A stretch of 64,000 nt of DNA. It comes from Macrostomum lignano. Taxonomy: Eukaryota. How positions within the stretch are numbered: the first letter of the stretch is position 1; each line of letters starts with the position of its first letter. The DNA lies in the NCBI GenBank assembly GCA_002269645.1, contig NIVC01003317.1, positions 1 to 64,000 on the forward strand, written 5' to 3'. Both the position numbers and the translations under genes were made by a program. This document shows, in pieces, positions 50,836-62,874 of the stretch. Below the pieces are notes generated by a model. The model ran no database searches and was not told where the DNA came from. It was given only the letters and a program-made list of their open reading frames with translations.

Positions 50836-51834
50836 ACCGAAACACAAACCCTGTAGTATCTGTTCTAGAAGGGCCATTGAGCCAATCAGGTTTTTTCTGA
50901 TGATTCCATTGTTCCTGGATCACGGGTGGGTTTTTAGGGCGAAGAAGATTGACAGTTAACCTTTTACTCATTCAATTCTTAGGATTGAAGGGGTTCTTTA
51001 AGTGTCCTCTTGTTCTCATAGAAGTCCACAGAATAAAGTAGGTCCACGTTCACGAAATAATAGGATTATATGAGCATTATGCAACTACTTTAAACAATCT
51101 CTTCAGCTATAAGACTTTCCAGCTAGAAAGCAATCTGCAATCTCAAATGACGACAAACCAAATCTCATGATTAATAATTGAAAATCCTGCAACAGGTGGT
51201 GCAGTATGACAGAAAACATACTCTGTCAGACTATTGTAAGTAGCCTATTTTAAATCAAGGAACATGTCTATTAAAACAAAAGTTGAGTGAAAGTGAACTG
51301 AAAAAAAGTGTTTGGCTTGTTCTATAGACTGCAGCCAAAAATCAGACGCAGACATGCCGGATGTTGGGCTTTTTTTAACGGGACGGAGCTTTGCCTGAGT
51401 TTAGCAAATGTTTGCCTTGGACAGACTGCAAGCTCTGCTATTGTTCTGCAGCTGCGGATGCAAAGAATGACTGCAAAGCTATAAAGTCATCAAAGTTGGA
51501 ATTGCTAAAAATTCGCGCTCTACGAGGTCTTGACAACTCGCGTCAGTTCTAATTTTCATGGCGTATGCAAAGCAATCCGTCAAAAGCACTGAAAAGTTGT
51601 CATATATTTTTCTGTTCAAAAAGCTGCCAAGGTATCAAATTATCAACGTTGATATGATTTCTTATTATTTTAAATAAATTTGTTTTGGAAGATGCATGGA
51701 ATTATTGAGGTTTTCTTGTGAATGGAATTTAGGCCAAAGAAGCTGCTAATGTTTGTTTTATTGTCTATGGCCCAAAGCTTGAACGTTTGTGGAAAGAATC
51801 AAATCTGCTCCACTCTGCTCCACAGACCCCCTAT

Positions 51835-52075
51835 AGGGCCATAGACATTGAAAAGCAAGACTTAAATAGCTTGGCTCTCCCACTACTAAGGATTAAGGCT
51901 GGTCCATAGACAATGAAAAAGAAGTCTTTGATAGCGTCATTCCCCCACTAAGGATTCAGGTTGAGTCATAGACAATGAAAAGCAAGTCTTTAATAGCTTC
52001 ATTTTCCTACTAAACGATCTAAGTTCGGCCATAGACAATGGAAAGCAAGTCTTCATTCTCCCACTAAGGATTAAG
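51835..52075. repeat. ~63 bp tandem repeat (CCATAGACAATGAAAAGCAAGTCTT...CCACTAAGGATT)
   Basis: 4 diverged copies. Confidence 0.8.
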
Positions 52076-54239
52076 TTGCTTGTCCAAAGCTAGCCTAATC
52101 TAGAAAATGCTATATTTATTTTTATCTGCTTTTTACATAATACAATATATATATTTGTTAAAGCATTCATGCTCAACATTATAAAGCTTTGGTAGTTTGC
52201 TGTACTTTAATCTAAAAACGTGTTTCTAACTATACCAGCGCAAGCGAAAATACGATTGAAAACATAACTATAACATTTCTTTTTGTTACATTTTCATGTA
52301 ACACGTTTTCAAGTGTCACTTGACTATAGTGCAAGGTTATTCCAGACATAGCCCGATATGCATGTTTTAGCAAGGAAATATGAGAAAAAGCATGGCTGAG
52401 AGCAGCATGTTCAATCATACGTCGAAGTCCTTTTCGCTCAGTCTCTCTCCTTCTCATACTCAAACCATCTCCATATCAAAGTTTGCTTTGAAGTTAGTTT
52501 TAATTGGCCTTGCTTAGTATAGTCAACATTTAACTACTGTAAACAGTTCATTTGGCACTTTCTATGCTGTGCAGAGTATTACCTAGGCCGGCTATGCCTA
52601 AGTATATTATAGCCTAATATTTACCTGTACACGTTAGGTTAGGTTACGTCTCAAGCTGACTTGGACGACGTCTTAAAGATAAACGAAAAGCGACAAAGAA
52701 AGAGCCAAGCTTATTGCTCAATGGTTATAGATCAGAGTACTGAGGGGTGCGAGAGAGACAGTCTTAACCGAAGCGCGCAGACCCTGCTTGTACCGCATCA
52801 GCTCATAGTCTGGCAGTCTCAGGCAGACAGCACACACACTGGCTCAACAATGGCTAGTGGAATTCTCTCTCCGTATTTTCTGCCAGAGTTGGCAGTTGGG
52901 TGCCTGTCATTTGAAGTGGCCCAAGCCTAAAGACAGGTCTTTTTTAGAAATATACCTTGCTTGATACAGTTCTGCTTGGCGTCAAGAACTATTGTGTTTA
53001 TCCAACAGAGAGTTCTCTATGAATCTTTTGTTTGTCGCACTGTTGTCGCAATATTCATAATTCATTAACTTTTGAACGAATAAAGGTCAGTGAGGGTAGA
53101 TAAAAGTAAAAGAAAGTTGATGAGAGGTTGGACCTGTGGTTTGACTCCGTGTGCAGCCACATTAACTGCTGCTAGCGTAGTTCTGGCACACGGAGGCGAA
53201 CCTCCAAGGCGCAGATAGTGTACATACCTGACGCTGATAAAGTCAGGGCCACCGTTCACCCTGTGCGCCTGTGTACTTATCAGTGTAAGTTCTCAGGGGT
53301 CAGTGGACCTCAGCCACACCTGCAAGCAATCCGACAGGTAGGGTAAGAGATGAGACAGTGGAAGAAAAAGAAATAAGCAGAGGAGAAACCTGAATGACGA
53401 ACCTAGGAAAGGTTGCATTAAAAAAGATATATTCTGAAAAATGATTACAGTAACAGGTTAAGGCCAATAGATCTTAAGGCGATATTCTCGTATGTCGATA
53501 CTAAAGCTGGTTGCGTGCTCAAGAACCCTGTCGCGGAAACCTGCTCAGACTCTTGAGTACATGACGAATAAAAATTTGCAGCAACCAATCTGCTGCTTAC
53601 AGTGAGACTCTGAGCAGAGAGAGAGAGAGAGAGATGGCGCTCAAGATTATTCTCCACGATAAAACATGGGGGTTGGGTGTTCATTTGTCTGCAAACTAAA
53701 ACGACAGTCTTTAATTTACTGCCCCACAAGCACCTGGCGCCGTACTGAAAACAGCGAGGCGGAGTGTGTGCACCTTCTCAATAGTTGAACCATACTCGCA
53801 AACAAAAGAGAGGCCAGAGCCGAGAAAGACACGCCAAGTAGAGACATCAGAAGACACAGACGAGTTGCATAGGAGCCACTTCGCCAGCGGGTCCCAAGCA
53901 GCCACTACACACTCGCACAGCTGCGGCTATTGCAATAAAAGAGAAACACGTAGAGAGAAAATTAGCACCCTCAGCTGCCGCACAGAAAGAGAGAGAGAGA
54001 GAGAGAACAAACTATAGGCTTCAAAAGACGCTGCTCTGCTTCAATTTTTGTCGCTTTAGCTTCCAATTGGCTTGCGGTTGCCACAGAGACCGACAGCGAG
54101 AGAGGCAGTCAGGGGGAGTGGGCGAGAGACAGACTGTGGCCTCTGTATTATAAGGGACGCAGCAGCAGCAAGTGCAGTTGCCGTAGAAGCAAATTAGCGC
54201 GCTGCACTCGCCCAGATTCGATCAGCTCAATAAAAAGCG

Positions 54240-57200
54240 ATGGCCACCGTGGAACTCCAGCCGGTGAAGAAGCCCGAGCCGTCCAACTCGACTCCAAGCC
54301 GGCCATCGACGCAGTCAGGCTACAGGTTCGGCCAGCTGTCCAAGAGTTCCTTCTTTGCCAGGCATAACCCGCACCCTCACAGGTGCGTTCACATCAAAGG
54401 ACTGCTGGGCCTGCCCATTCCCGTGGTGGTCGATGACTGCGATGATAGCAGGTGAGGGTCAGATTGATTTGTAAACCATTTTTAGAGCAACCTTTGATGT
54501 TACTTTCTTAATGTGGCTTCGAGAGGTTCATTTAGACTACACCCACAGAGAAAAACTTGGAGTCCTCTGTGAAGTCTTAAATAGCCCCTTTACCTTTGGC
54601 GCCACATCTAGAAACCACAGCTTTTGTTCGCCACATCTAGAAACCACACCCTTTAGTACCACATCTAGAACCCACAGATATTTGGCGTCACATCTATAAT
54701 CCACACCTTTTTAGCACCACATCTAGAAACCCCACCCTTTAGTACCACATCTAGGACCCCTTTGGCGCCACATCTAGAACCCACACCCTTTAGTACCACA
54801 TTTAGAACCCATACCCTTTAGTACCAAATCTAGAACCCATACCCTTTAGTACCACATTTAGAACCCATACCCTTTAGTACCACATCTAAGACCCATACCC
54901 TTTAGTACCACATCTAAGACCCACACCCTTTAGTGTCACATCTAGAACCCATAGCTTTTTGGCGCCACATCTAGAACCCACAGCTTTTTGGCACCACATC
55001 TAGAAACCACACACTTTAGTACGACATCTAGAACCCACACCCTTTTGGCGCCACATCTAGAAACCACACCCTTTAGTACCACATCTAGGACCCACACCCT
55101 TTAGTACCACATCTAGGACCCACACCCTTTAGTACCACATCTAGAACCCACAGCTTTTTGGCGCCGCATCTATAATCCACGCCCTTTTGGCGCCACATAT
55201 AGAACCCACACCCTTCCCTTTTGGCGCCACATCTAAAACCCACACCCTTTTGGCGCCACATCTAGAAACCACACCCTTTTGGCGCCACATCTAGAAACCA
55301 CACCCTTTAGTACCACATCTAGGACCCATACCCTTTAGTACCACATCTAGAACCCACAGCTTTTTGATGCCACATCTAGAACCCACACCCTTTTGGCGCC
55401 ACATCTAGAAACCACACCCTTTAGTACCACATCTATAATCCACACCCTTTTGGCGCCACATATAGAACCCACACCCTTCCATTTTGGCGCCACATCTAGA
55501 ACCCACACCCTTTAGTACCACATCTAGAACCCACACCCTTTAGTACCACATCTAGAACCCACACCCTTTAGTACCACATCTAGAACCCACACCCTTTAGT
55601 ACCACATCTAGAACCCACACCCTTTAGTACCACATCTAGAACCCACACCCTTTAGTACCACATCTAGAACCCACACCCTTTAGTACCACATCTAGAACCC
55701 ACACCCTTTAGTACCACATCTAGAACCCACACCCTTTAGTACCACATCTATAATCCACACCCTTTTGGCGCCACATCTAGGACCTGCACTCTTTTGGCGC
55801 CACATCTAGAACCCACTCCCTTTTGGTGCCACAACCGAGTACACTGCAACAATGTCCCTCAAGCACTAAACCCCGCAATAAAAACCAACGCAGCTACGAA
55901 ACACACCTGTGCTTCCCTCCGAACGGGCACAATGACGAGAAGCTGGCCAGCCAGAGGCTTCTGCTGCCGGTCAACGCCATCCATCTCAACTCGCACAAGC
56001 ACCCGCTGGACACGGTGAATGGACTGCAGTATTTCACCAACTTGAGAAACTATTCATTCAAGGAGAAGGCCGTACCAAGACTCGGTCTAGTTCCGGTAAC
56101 CGAGAGCTGGAGAGAGCAGCTGAGAAGCCTCACTGACCAGACATTCCATCCTGAGCAGCCAGTGGCTCCGGCTCCGGCTGCAGACGGACGCGGCGACATG
56201 AACCTGCGGCGTGGTGAGTAACTGCATACAGTTAGTAGGTGGCCAACTTTCGAGGCATGCCTACTTCTATGAAAGCTTGATCATTTTTTATTTTTGGCGC
56301 TATTTTGGATGTCTGTGGTGCTACCATGTACTTTGATGTCTGTGGCGCTACTTTGATGTCTGTGGCGCTACCATGTACTTTGATGTCTGTGGCGCTACTT
56401 TGATGTCTGTGGTGCTACTTTGATGTCTGTGGCGCTACTTTGATGTCTGTGGCGCTACTTTGGATGTCTGTGGCACTACTTTGGATGTCTGTGGCGCTAC
56501 CATGTACTTTGATGTCTGTAGCGCTACCATGTACTTTGATGTCTGTGGCGCTACCATGTACGTTGATGTCTGTGGCGTTACCATGTACTTTGACGTCTGG
56601 GGCGCTACCATGTACTTTGGATGTCTGTGGTGCTACCATGTACTTTGATGTCTGTGGCGCTACCATGTACTTTGATGTCTGTGGCGCTACCATGTACTTT
56701 GATGTCTGTGGCGCTACCATGTACTTTGGATGTCTGTGGTGCTACCATGTACTTTGATGTCTGGGGCGCTACCATGTACTTTGATGTCTGGGGCGCTACC
56801 ATGTACTTTGATATCTGTGGCGCTACCATGTACTTTGATGTCTGTGGCGCTACCATGTACGTTGATGTCTGTGGCGCTACTTTGGATGTCTGTGGCGCTA
56901 CTTTGGATGTCTGTGGCGCTACCATGTACTTTGATGTCTGTGGCGCTACTTTGGATGTCTGTTGCGCTACCATGTACTTTGATGTCTGTGGTGCTACTTT
57001 GGATGTCTGTTGCGCTACCACGTACTTTGATGTCTGTGGCGCTACTTTGGATGTCTGTTGCGCTACCATGTACTTTGATGTCAGTGGCGCTACCATGTAC
57101 TTTGATGTCTGTGGCGCTACTTTGCATGTCTGTTGCGCTACCATGTACTTTGATGTCTGTGGCGCTACTTTGATGTCTGGGGCGCTACCATGTACTTTGA

Positions 57201-60200
57201 TGTCTGTGGCGCTACTTTGCATGTCTGTTGCGCTACCATGTACTTTGATGTCTGTGTAGCTACATTGGATGTCTGTGGCGCTACTTTGATGTCTGTGGCG
57301 CTACCATGTACTTTGATGTCTGTGGCGTTACCATGTACGTTGATGTCTGTGGCGCTACCATGTACGTTGATGTCTGTGGCGCTACCATGTACTTTGACGT
57401 CTGGGGCGCTACTTTGGATGTCTGTGGCGCTACTTTGATGTCTGTGGCGCTACCATGTACTTTGATGTCTGTGGCGCTACCATGTACTTTGATGTCTGGA
57501 GCGCTACCATGTACTTTGATGTCTGTGGCGCTACCATGTACGTTGATGTCTGTGGCGCTACCATGTACTTTGATGTCTGGAGCGCTACCATGTACTTTGA
57601 TGTCTGTGGCGCTACTTTGATGTCTGTGGCGCTACCATGTACTTTGATGTCTGTGGCGCTACCATGTACTTTGATGTCTGGAGCGCTACCATGTACTTTG
57701 ATGTCTGTGGCGCTACCATGTACGTTGATGTCTGTGGCGCTACCATGTACTTTGATGTCTGGAGCGCTACCATGTACTTTGATGTCTGTGGCGCTACCAT
57801 GTACTTTGATGTCTGTGGCGCTACTTTGGATGTCTGTTGCGCTACCATCTACTTTGATGTCTGTGGCGCTACCATGTACTTTGATGTCTGTGGCGCTACT
57901 TTGGATGTCTGTTGCGCTATCATGTACTTTGATGCCTGTGGCGCTACTTTGGATGTCTGTGGCGCTACCATGTACTTTGATGTCTGACGTGGCGCTACTT
58001 TGGATGTCTGTTGCGCTAAAATGTACTTTGATGTCTGTGGCGCTACTTTGGATGTCTGTGGCGCTACCATGTACTTTGATGTTTGTGGCGCTACTTTGGA
58101 TGTCTGTTGCGCTACCATGTACTTTGATGTCTGTGGCGCTACTTTGGATGTCTGTTGCGCTAACATGTACTTTGATGTCTGTGGCGCTACTTTGGATGTC
58201 TGTGGCGCTACCATGTACTTTGATGTCTGTTGCGCTATCATGTACTTTGATGTCTGTGGCGCTACTTTGATGTCTGTGGCGCTACCATGTACTTTGATGT
58301 CTGTGGCGCTACCATGTACTTTGATGTCTGTGGCGCTACTTTGGATGTCTGTGGCGCTACCATGTACTTTGATGTCTGTGGCGCTACTTTGGATGTCTGT
58401 TGCGCTACCATGTACTTTGATGTCTGTGGCGCTACTTTGGATGTCTGTGGCGCTACCATGTACTTTGATGTCTGTGGCGCTACAATTGTACTTTGATGTC
58501 TGTGGCGCTACGATGTACTTTGATGTCTGTGGCGCTACCATGTACTTTGATGTCTGTGGCGCTACCATGTACTTTGATGTCTGTGGCGCTACCATGTACT
58601 TTGATGTCTGTGGCGCTACTTTGACGTCTGGGGCGCTACTTTGGATGTCTGTGGCGCTACTTTGATGTCTGTGGCGCTACTTTGATGTCTCTTGCGCTAC
58701 CATGTACTTTGATGTCTGTGGCGCTTTTTTGATGTCTGAGGCGCTACTTTGATGTCTGTGGCGCTACTTTTTTAGCTTGCACAAAAGTACGACTTTTAAA
58801 AGTTCATGACGCACCGGCAGTTCATTGTCGATACAAAAATATATGTACTTAGCAACATTGTAAATTCGCCATCACAGAAGATTCTGTCTGTGGTCGCCAC
58901 TTTTGAGAGCGCAGGTAAAGTCTCATCTCAATTTTTGCCAGTGACGCAACTCAGCTCCGCCGCGGCAGCCTTGAGTTGAGGAATGAACTGGGGGAGCGGT
59001 GTGCGAGGGTTGGAGGGATTAAAGCTACTCCGATCTATTTTCTCGTGTCTTTTAAATTTCAGAATAGTCCCAGAGAAATTGCTCACTGGGCGCATAGAGT
59101 GGCGACTTTTCAATGTTGCTGAGTATATAGGAGAATTACGAGCTATTAATATCAATTTCTTTTTTGGACACACGCCAGCATATTTAATGAACACCAATTG
59201 GAGAAATCAGAATCAGAGAGTAGAATAAGCGTTTATTTTTTTCTTTTTTTGTAGAAGTTTGCTCTTAAGTGTCAAAATGCATTTTAACCAAATATGTTTG
59301 TTTTAGCTTATCAACAAAAAGCGTATTTCTAACCTTCCAAATATTTTTACTAACATATCCAATAGAGTGCGTACGCTGTGAGTCATCTAAAATCAGCGTC
59401 TGTGGTTAAGTGGCGCGATCTGATTGGCTGAGAGCCGATACGCTGCCTGACAGTTTTTTCTACCCCCCCCCCCAGCCAAGGGTGGTGCGATGGGTTGACT
59501 TTGAACGCGGGAAGGGAACGGGGCTGCAGTGAGGGGGGTGGTCGGACTGCTCAGTCAGCCAATTGCAGCCACTGGCGTGACCCCCAACCCCTAAGCGTAG
59601 CACAGTGTGTGAAACGTAATCTTTAGCTAGTATAATTTATAAAGCCTAACTCTGATCCTATAAAATGGTCTGAAGTCTAATGGTTTTCGGGACTGTTGCT
59701 CACGTCTACCATTTTGATCATTTTGAGCAGCACTTGGAACAATATGAGAACTAGCTTAAATTGGCTGGCTCTGCTAGCCTTTGCTTGCGGGCTAGGCCTG
59801 GTTGAGTCGCACGGAGATCATGGCATTGCCAGAGGCACCAACACCTACGATGGATATCAGCAACCTTACAGCTCGGGTGTGAGCTACGGTAAGGGCAAGG
59901 ATGATCGCTATGCCAAGGGCTACGACAAGGACGACGGCTATGAAAAGGCCTATGACCGGAGCTACGACAGGAACGATGGGTATGGCAAGAGCTACGGCAA
60001 GGACGATGGCTATGACAAGGGCTACGGCAAGCGTTATGGCAAGGACGATGACTACAAGGGCTACGGCAAGAGCTACGGCAAGAACGATGTCTATGACAAG
60101 GGCTACGGCAAGCGTTACAGCAAGGACGATGACTACGACAAGGGCTACGGCAAGCGCTACGGCAAGGACGATGACTACGACAAGGGCTACGGCAAGAGCT

Positions 60201-62874
60201 ACCGCGAGAGCTACGGCAAGAGCTACGGCAAGGACGATGACTATGACAAGGGCTACGGAAAGCGTTACAGCAAGGACGATGACTACGACAAGGGCTACGG
60301 CAAGCGCTACGGCAAGGACGATGACTACGACAAGGGCTACGGCAAGAGCTACCGCGAGAGCTACGGCAAGAGCTACGGCAAGGACGATGGCTATGGCAAG
60401 GGCTACGGCAAGGACGATGGCTATGGCAAGGGCTATGAACCCAGCTACGCCAAGGGCTACGATAAGTTAAATTATTATGACGACGACTACGCTGACGACT
60501 ACAGCGGCGAAGATTACCTGGACCTGCTCGATCTTTTCGACGACTACGGATTCGACGACTACTACGACAGTTTCTATGGCGGCGACTACGACTACGACGA
60601 GGTGATCGAAGAAGAGCTCGACAAGTACGGCAAGCCTCGCGTGGTTAGTCACTACCTGGAGAGCCCGAAGGGCGGCAAGCGCAAGCTGTTGTACAAGGCG
60701 CCTAAGGACAAGTATGGCAACTATAAGTACAGCGACAACGGCTACGGCAGTCGGAAGAAGCGCTATTGAGGAGTGACTGCAGAGAAATATTGTTTTCAAA
60801 ATTATCACAATCGTTTACAATATATTTGTATGCTTTGTTTGTTATCGTCTAAATATATTTTGTTCAATTACTAAAACGTGCGCTGTCTGACTTTTTACTG
60901 GCTTCTAAGCCAGCTTTGCAGTTGGTAGTCGATTTAGAATTTAGACGAAAAATTTCTAAACACTACTAAAGTAGCATCATTGGAAGGAGAGCAGTAACTT
61001 TAAGCATCATTTAATTTCAAACGCGTGTTACTTCGTATGATGTTGATATAAATGTAAAATTCTTAAGATGTAGTCGATAGATCTTCCAACAGTTTGGCCA
61101 GTTCTGTCAATGGAGTTCTGCCAATGAAACTCTACCAATAGAAGTCTCTCAAATGAAGTAACTAGCGGGTCGTACTATAAAGCTGTCGTAGCGTAAGTTG
61201 GATCGTACGCCAGAACTTTTACACTGCGGAGATGGGAGCTAAGAACGATCTTATCTTACGATGGCTTTATAGAACTGGCTCTAGGACTTTAACAATAGAA
61301 TTCTACCAACCGGAGTCTACCATTCTCTACCAATAGAACTCTACCAACGGGACTTTACCATTCTCTACCAATAGAACTCTACCAACCGGAGTCTACCATT
61401 CTCTACCAATAGAACTCTACCAAAGTAAATCTACCAATATCTACCAATTGGACTCCACCAATGAAACTCTTAACAGCATCGGCAATGCAGATCCAACCAA
61501 TGTGTAAATATTAGTTTAACCATTTACATTAATGTTATCGGTCAACTTTGCCTATCTACTCATTTCGCCAGGGCTAAAAACTCACTAAACCTTAATTCGT
61601 GCACCAAACAACTTCACCAATCCGCAGAGGCCACCTATCCTGACCCAGCCCGCCAGCAGCAGCCGGAGCAGTCACAGACGGCCAGGCCGATGTACAGTCG
61701 ACAGACCGGGCGGCTGATTCCGCCACCGTCACGCGCAATGTCGCGTCGTCCGCTGCGCTCATCCCGTCGTTCCACGCCGGCCCACGTGCTGTCCAACTAC
61801 GAGCACATCAGCGCCGCACCGGACCTCGAGTCCGCGGTGTTCAGCATGCTCTGCCAGATTCTACAGACCGAGGATTTCAACGCCGTCCAGGCTTGGCTGG
61901 TGAGCGCCTCCGATCGAGAGAAGGCGCTCGTCATGGACGTTATCCGATCTGCTGTGGCTAACAAAGCTGCGTACTACGAGGTGAGGACCGGCTGCTATGT
62001 TACCACCAGTAGCTCTGTAGTTCAAAGATTGCTCAAACCAATTTTATAATGGGTCTGAACCATCTGTACGAGCTAAATTGATTTGAGCAATCCTGGACTC
62101 GCGAAGCTACTAGCGGAGCGAGACGAAAAGTTTTGTGATCACACGATTCTAGTAAACTGTATTTTGCATGTAGCTTTGTTTATGAGTTTTTGGGGCTCTC
62201 TAAGTGTGGTGCCACTCAACAACTAGTAGAATTCACGAGTCTGTTTATGCTGCCTAAACTCTACCAACTGATTTGTCTGCTATGACCCGCCAGGGGCCGA
62301 TTTCACGAAGCTTAGCAGCTAGCAGTTAGCAGTAGCTCAACCAATCTATGGCCTCGATTCTGTCACGTGATGCATCGCTCAAGAGCTACTGTTGACTGTG
62401 TTGATTATACATTTGTGTCCTATATGCAACCTGCTTCTCTGTACTAATTTATCTGAGCACGTCTCAAGACCCACCAAACCTGTCGGCCCCTCCACTCAGG
62501 CGGACCCCACTGGCGAGGTCTTCCAGCCCACCAACATTCGCGAGGATTTGCACCTGCCACCAATTGCGGAGGATCCCGACCGACCGAAACGGGTCGACCG
62601 CCTCGTGATTGAGGACGCCGAGTCATCGGAGTCTCACCTGCACGGTCACCATCATGAGCAAGCCCAGTGTCAGCCTGAGGAGCAGCCGCAGGCCCCGGCT
62701 GAGAAGAAGCTTGAGGCGAAACCCGTGGCAGGAGCCAAGACGTCTCGGCAAGAGAAGGAGCCGAAGCAGAAGGAGCAACAGCAGCAACAACAGAAGCCAG
62801 CAAAGGCGGCTGCCGGAGCCAAAGGCGGCAAGAATTCGGACAAGAAGGCGAAAACTGGAGCTAAATTGAAGTAA
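54240..62874 (+). CDS. TBATA: TBATA/SPATIAL (C4orf17-related) family protein, 4 exons
   Basis: join(54240..54451,55894..56213,61628..61980,62500..62874) = 1260 nt, 419 aa, in-phase GT-AG introns. Motifs FGQLSKSSFFARHNPHPHRCVHIKGLLG, YSRQTGRLIP and MLCQILQTEDFNAVQAWL..ASDREK match TBATA blocks as I recall them. Confidence 0.8.
54535..55830. repeat. ~28 bp minisatellite (CCACATCTAGAACCCACACCCTTT[AGTA/TGGCG]) filling TBATA intron 1
   Basis: About 45 copies. Confidence 0.95.
56300..58770. repeat. 17/27 bp modular minisatellite (GATGTCTGTGGCGCTAC[CATGTAC]TTT) in TBATA intron 2
   Basis: 2.5 kb array; source of the spurious ORFs at 56415-58665. Confidence 0.97.
59420..59665 (+). promoter_or_regulatory. 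Putative core promoter of the nested gene
   Basis: CTGATTGG (reverse CCAAT) at ~59420, GCCAAT at ~59558, TATAAAA at 59659-59665, ATG at 59744. Confidence 0.5.
59744..60769 (+). CDS. Secreted, intronless Tyr/Gly/Lys/Asp-rich repeat protein (341 aa; eggshell/adhesive-like)
   Basis: Signal peptide MRTSLNWLALLAFACGLGLVES; YDKGYGKRYGKDDD repeats; an internal 50 aa duplication; no Cys in the mature part; clean ORF with biased codons. Confidence 0.88.
   Translation: MRTSLNWLALLAFACGLGLVESHGDHGIARGTNTYDGYQQPYSSGVSYGKGKDDRYAKGYDKDDGYEKAYDRSYDRNDGYGKSYGKDDGYDKGYGKRYGKDDDYKGYGKSYGKNDVYDKGYGKRYSKDDDYDKGYGKRYGKDDDYDKGYGKSYRESYGKSYGKDDDYDKGYGKRYSKDDDYDKGYGKRYGKDDDYDKGYGKSYRESYGKSYGKDDGYGKGYGKDDGYGKGYEPSYAKGYDKLNYYDDDYADDYSGEDYLDLLDLFDDYGFDDYYDSFYGGDYDYDEVIEEELDKYGKPRVVSHYLESPKGGKRKLLYKAPKDKYGNYKYSDNGYGSRKKRY
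61110..61470. repeat. Degenerate CTCTACCAATAGAA repeats with a ~100 bp inverted-repeat element at ~61170-61272
   Basis: Repeated CTCTACCAA motif; CTATAAAGC..TCGTA / TACGA..GCTTTATAG inverted pair. Confidence 0.6.

Noticed and set aside
13478-58665. Long repetitive ORFs at 13478-14491, 18981-20371, 41148-41652, 41973-43155 and 56415-58665
   Set aside because: They are open in several frames and on both strands because the units lack stops. Variation is not codon-aware, and several lie inside introns of real genes.
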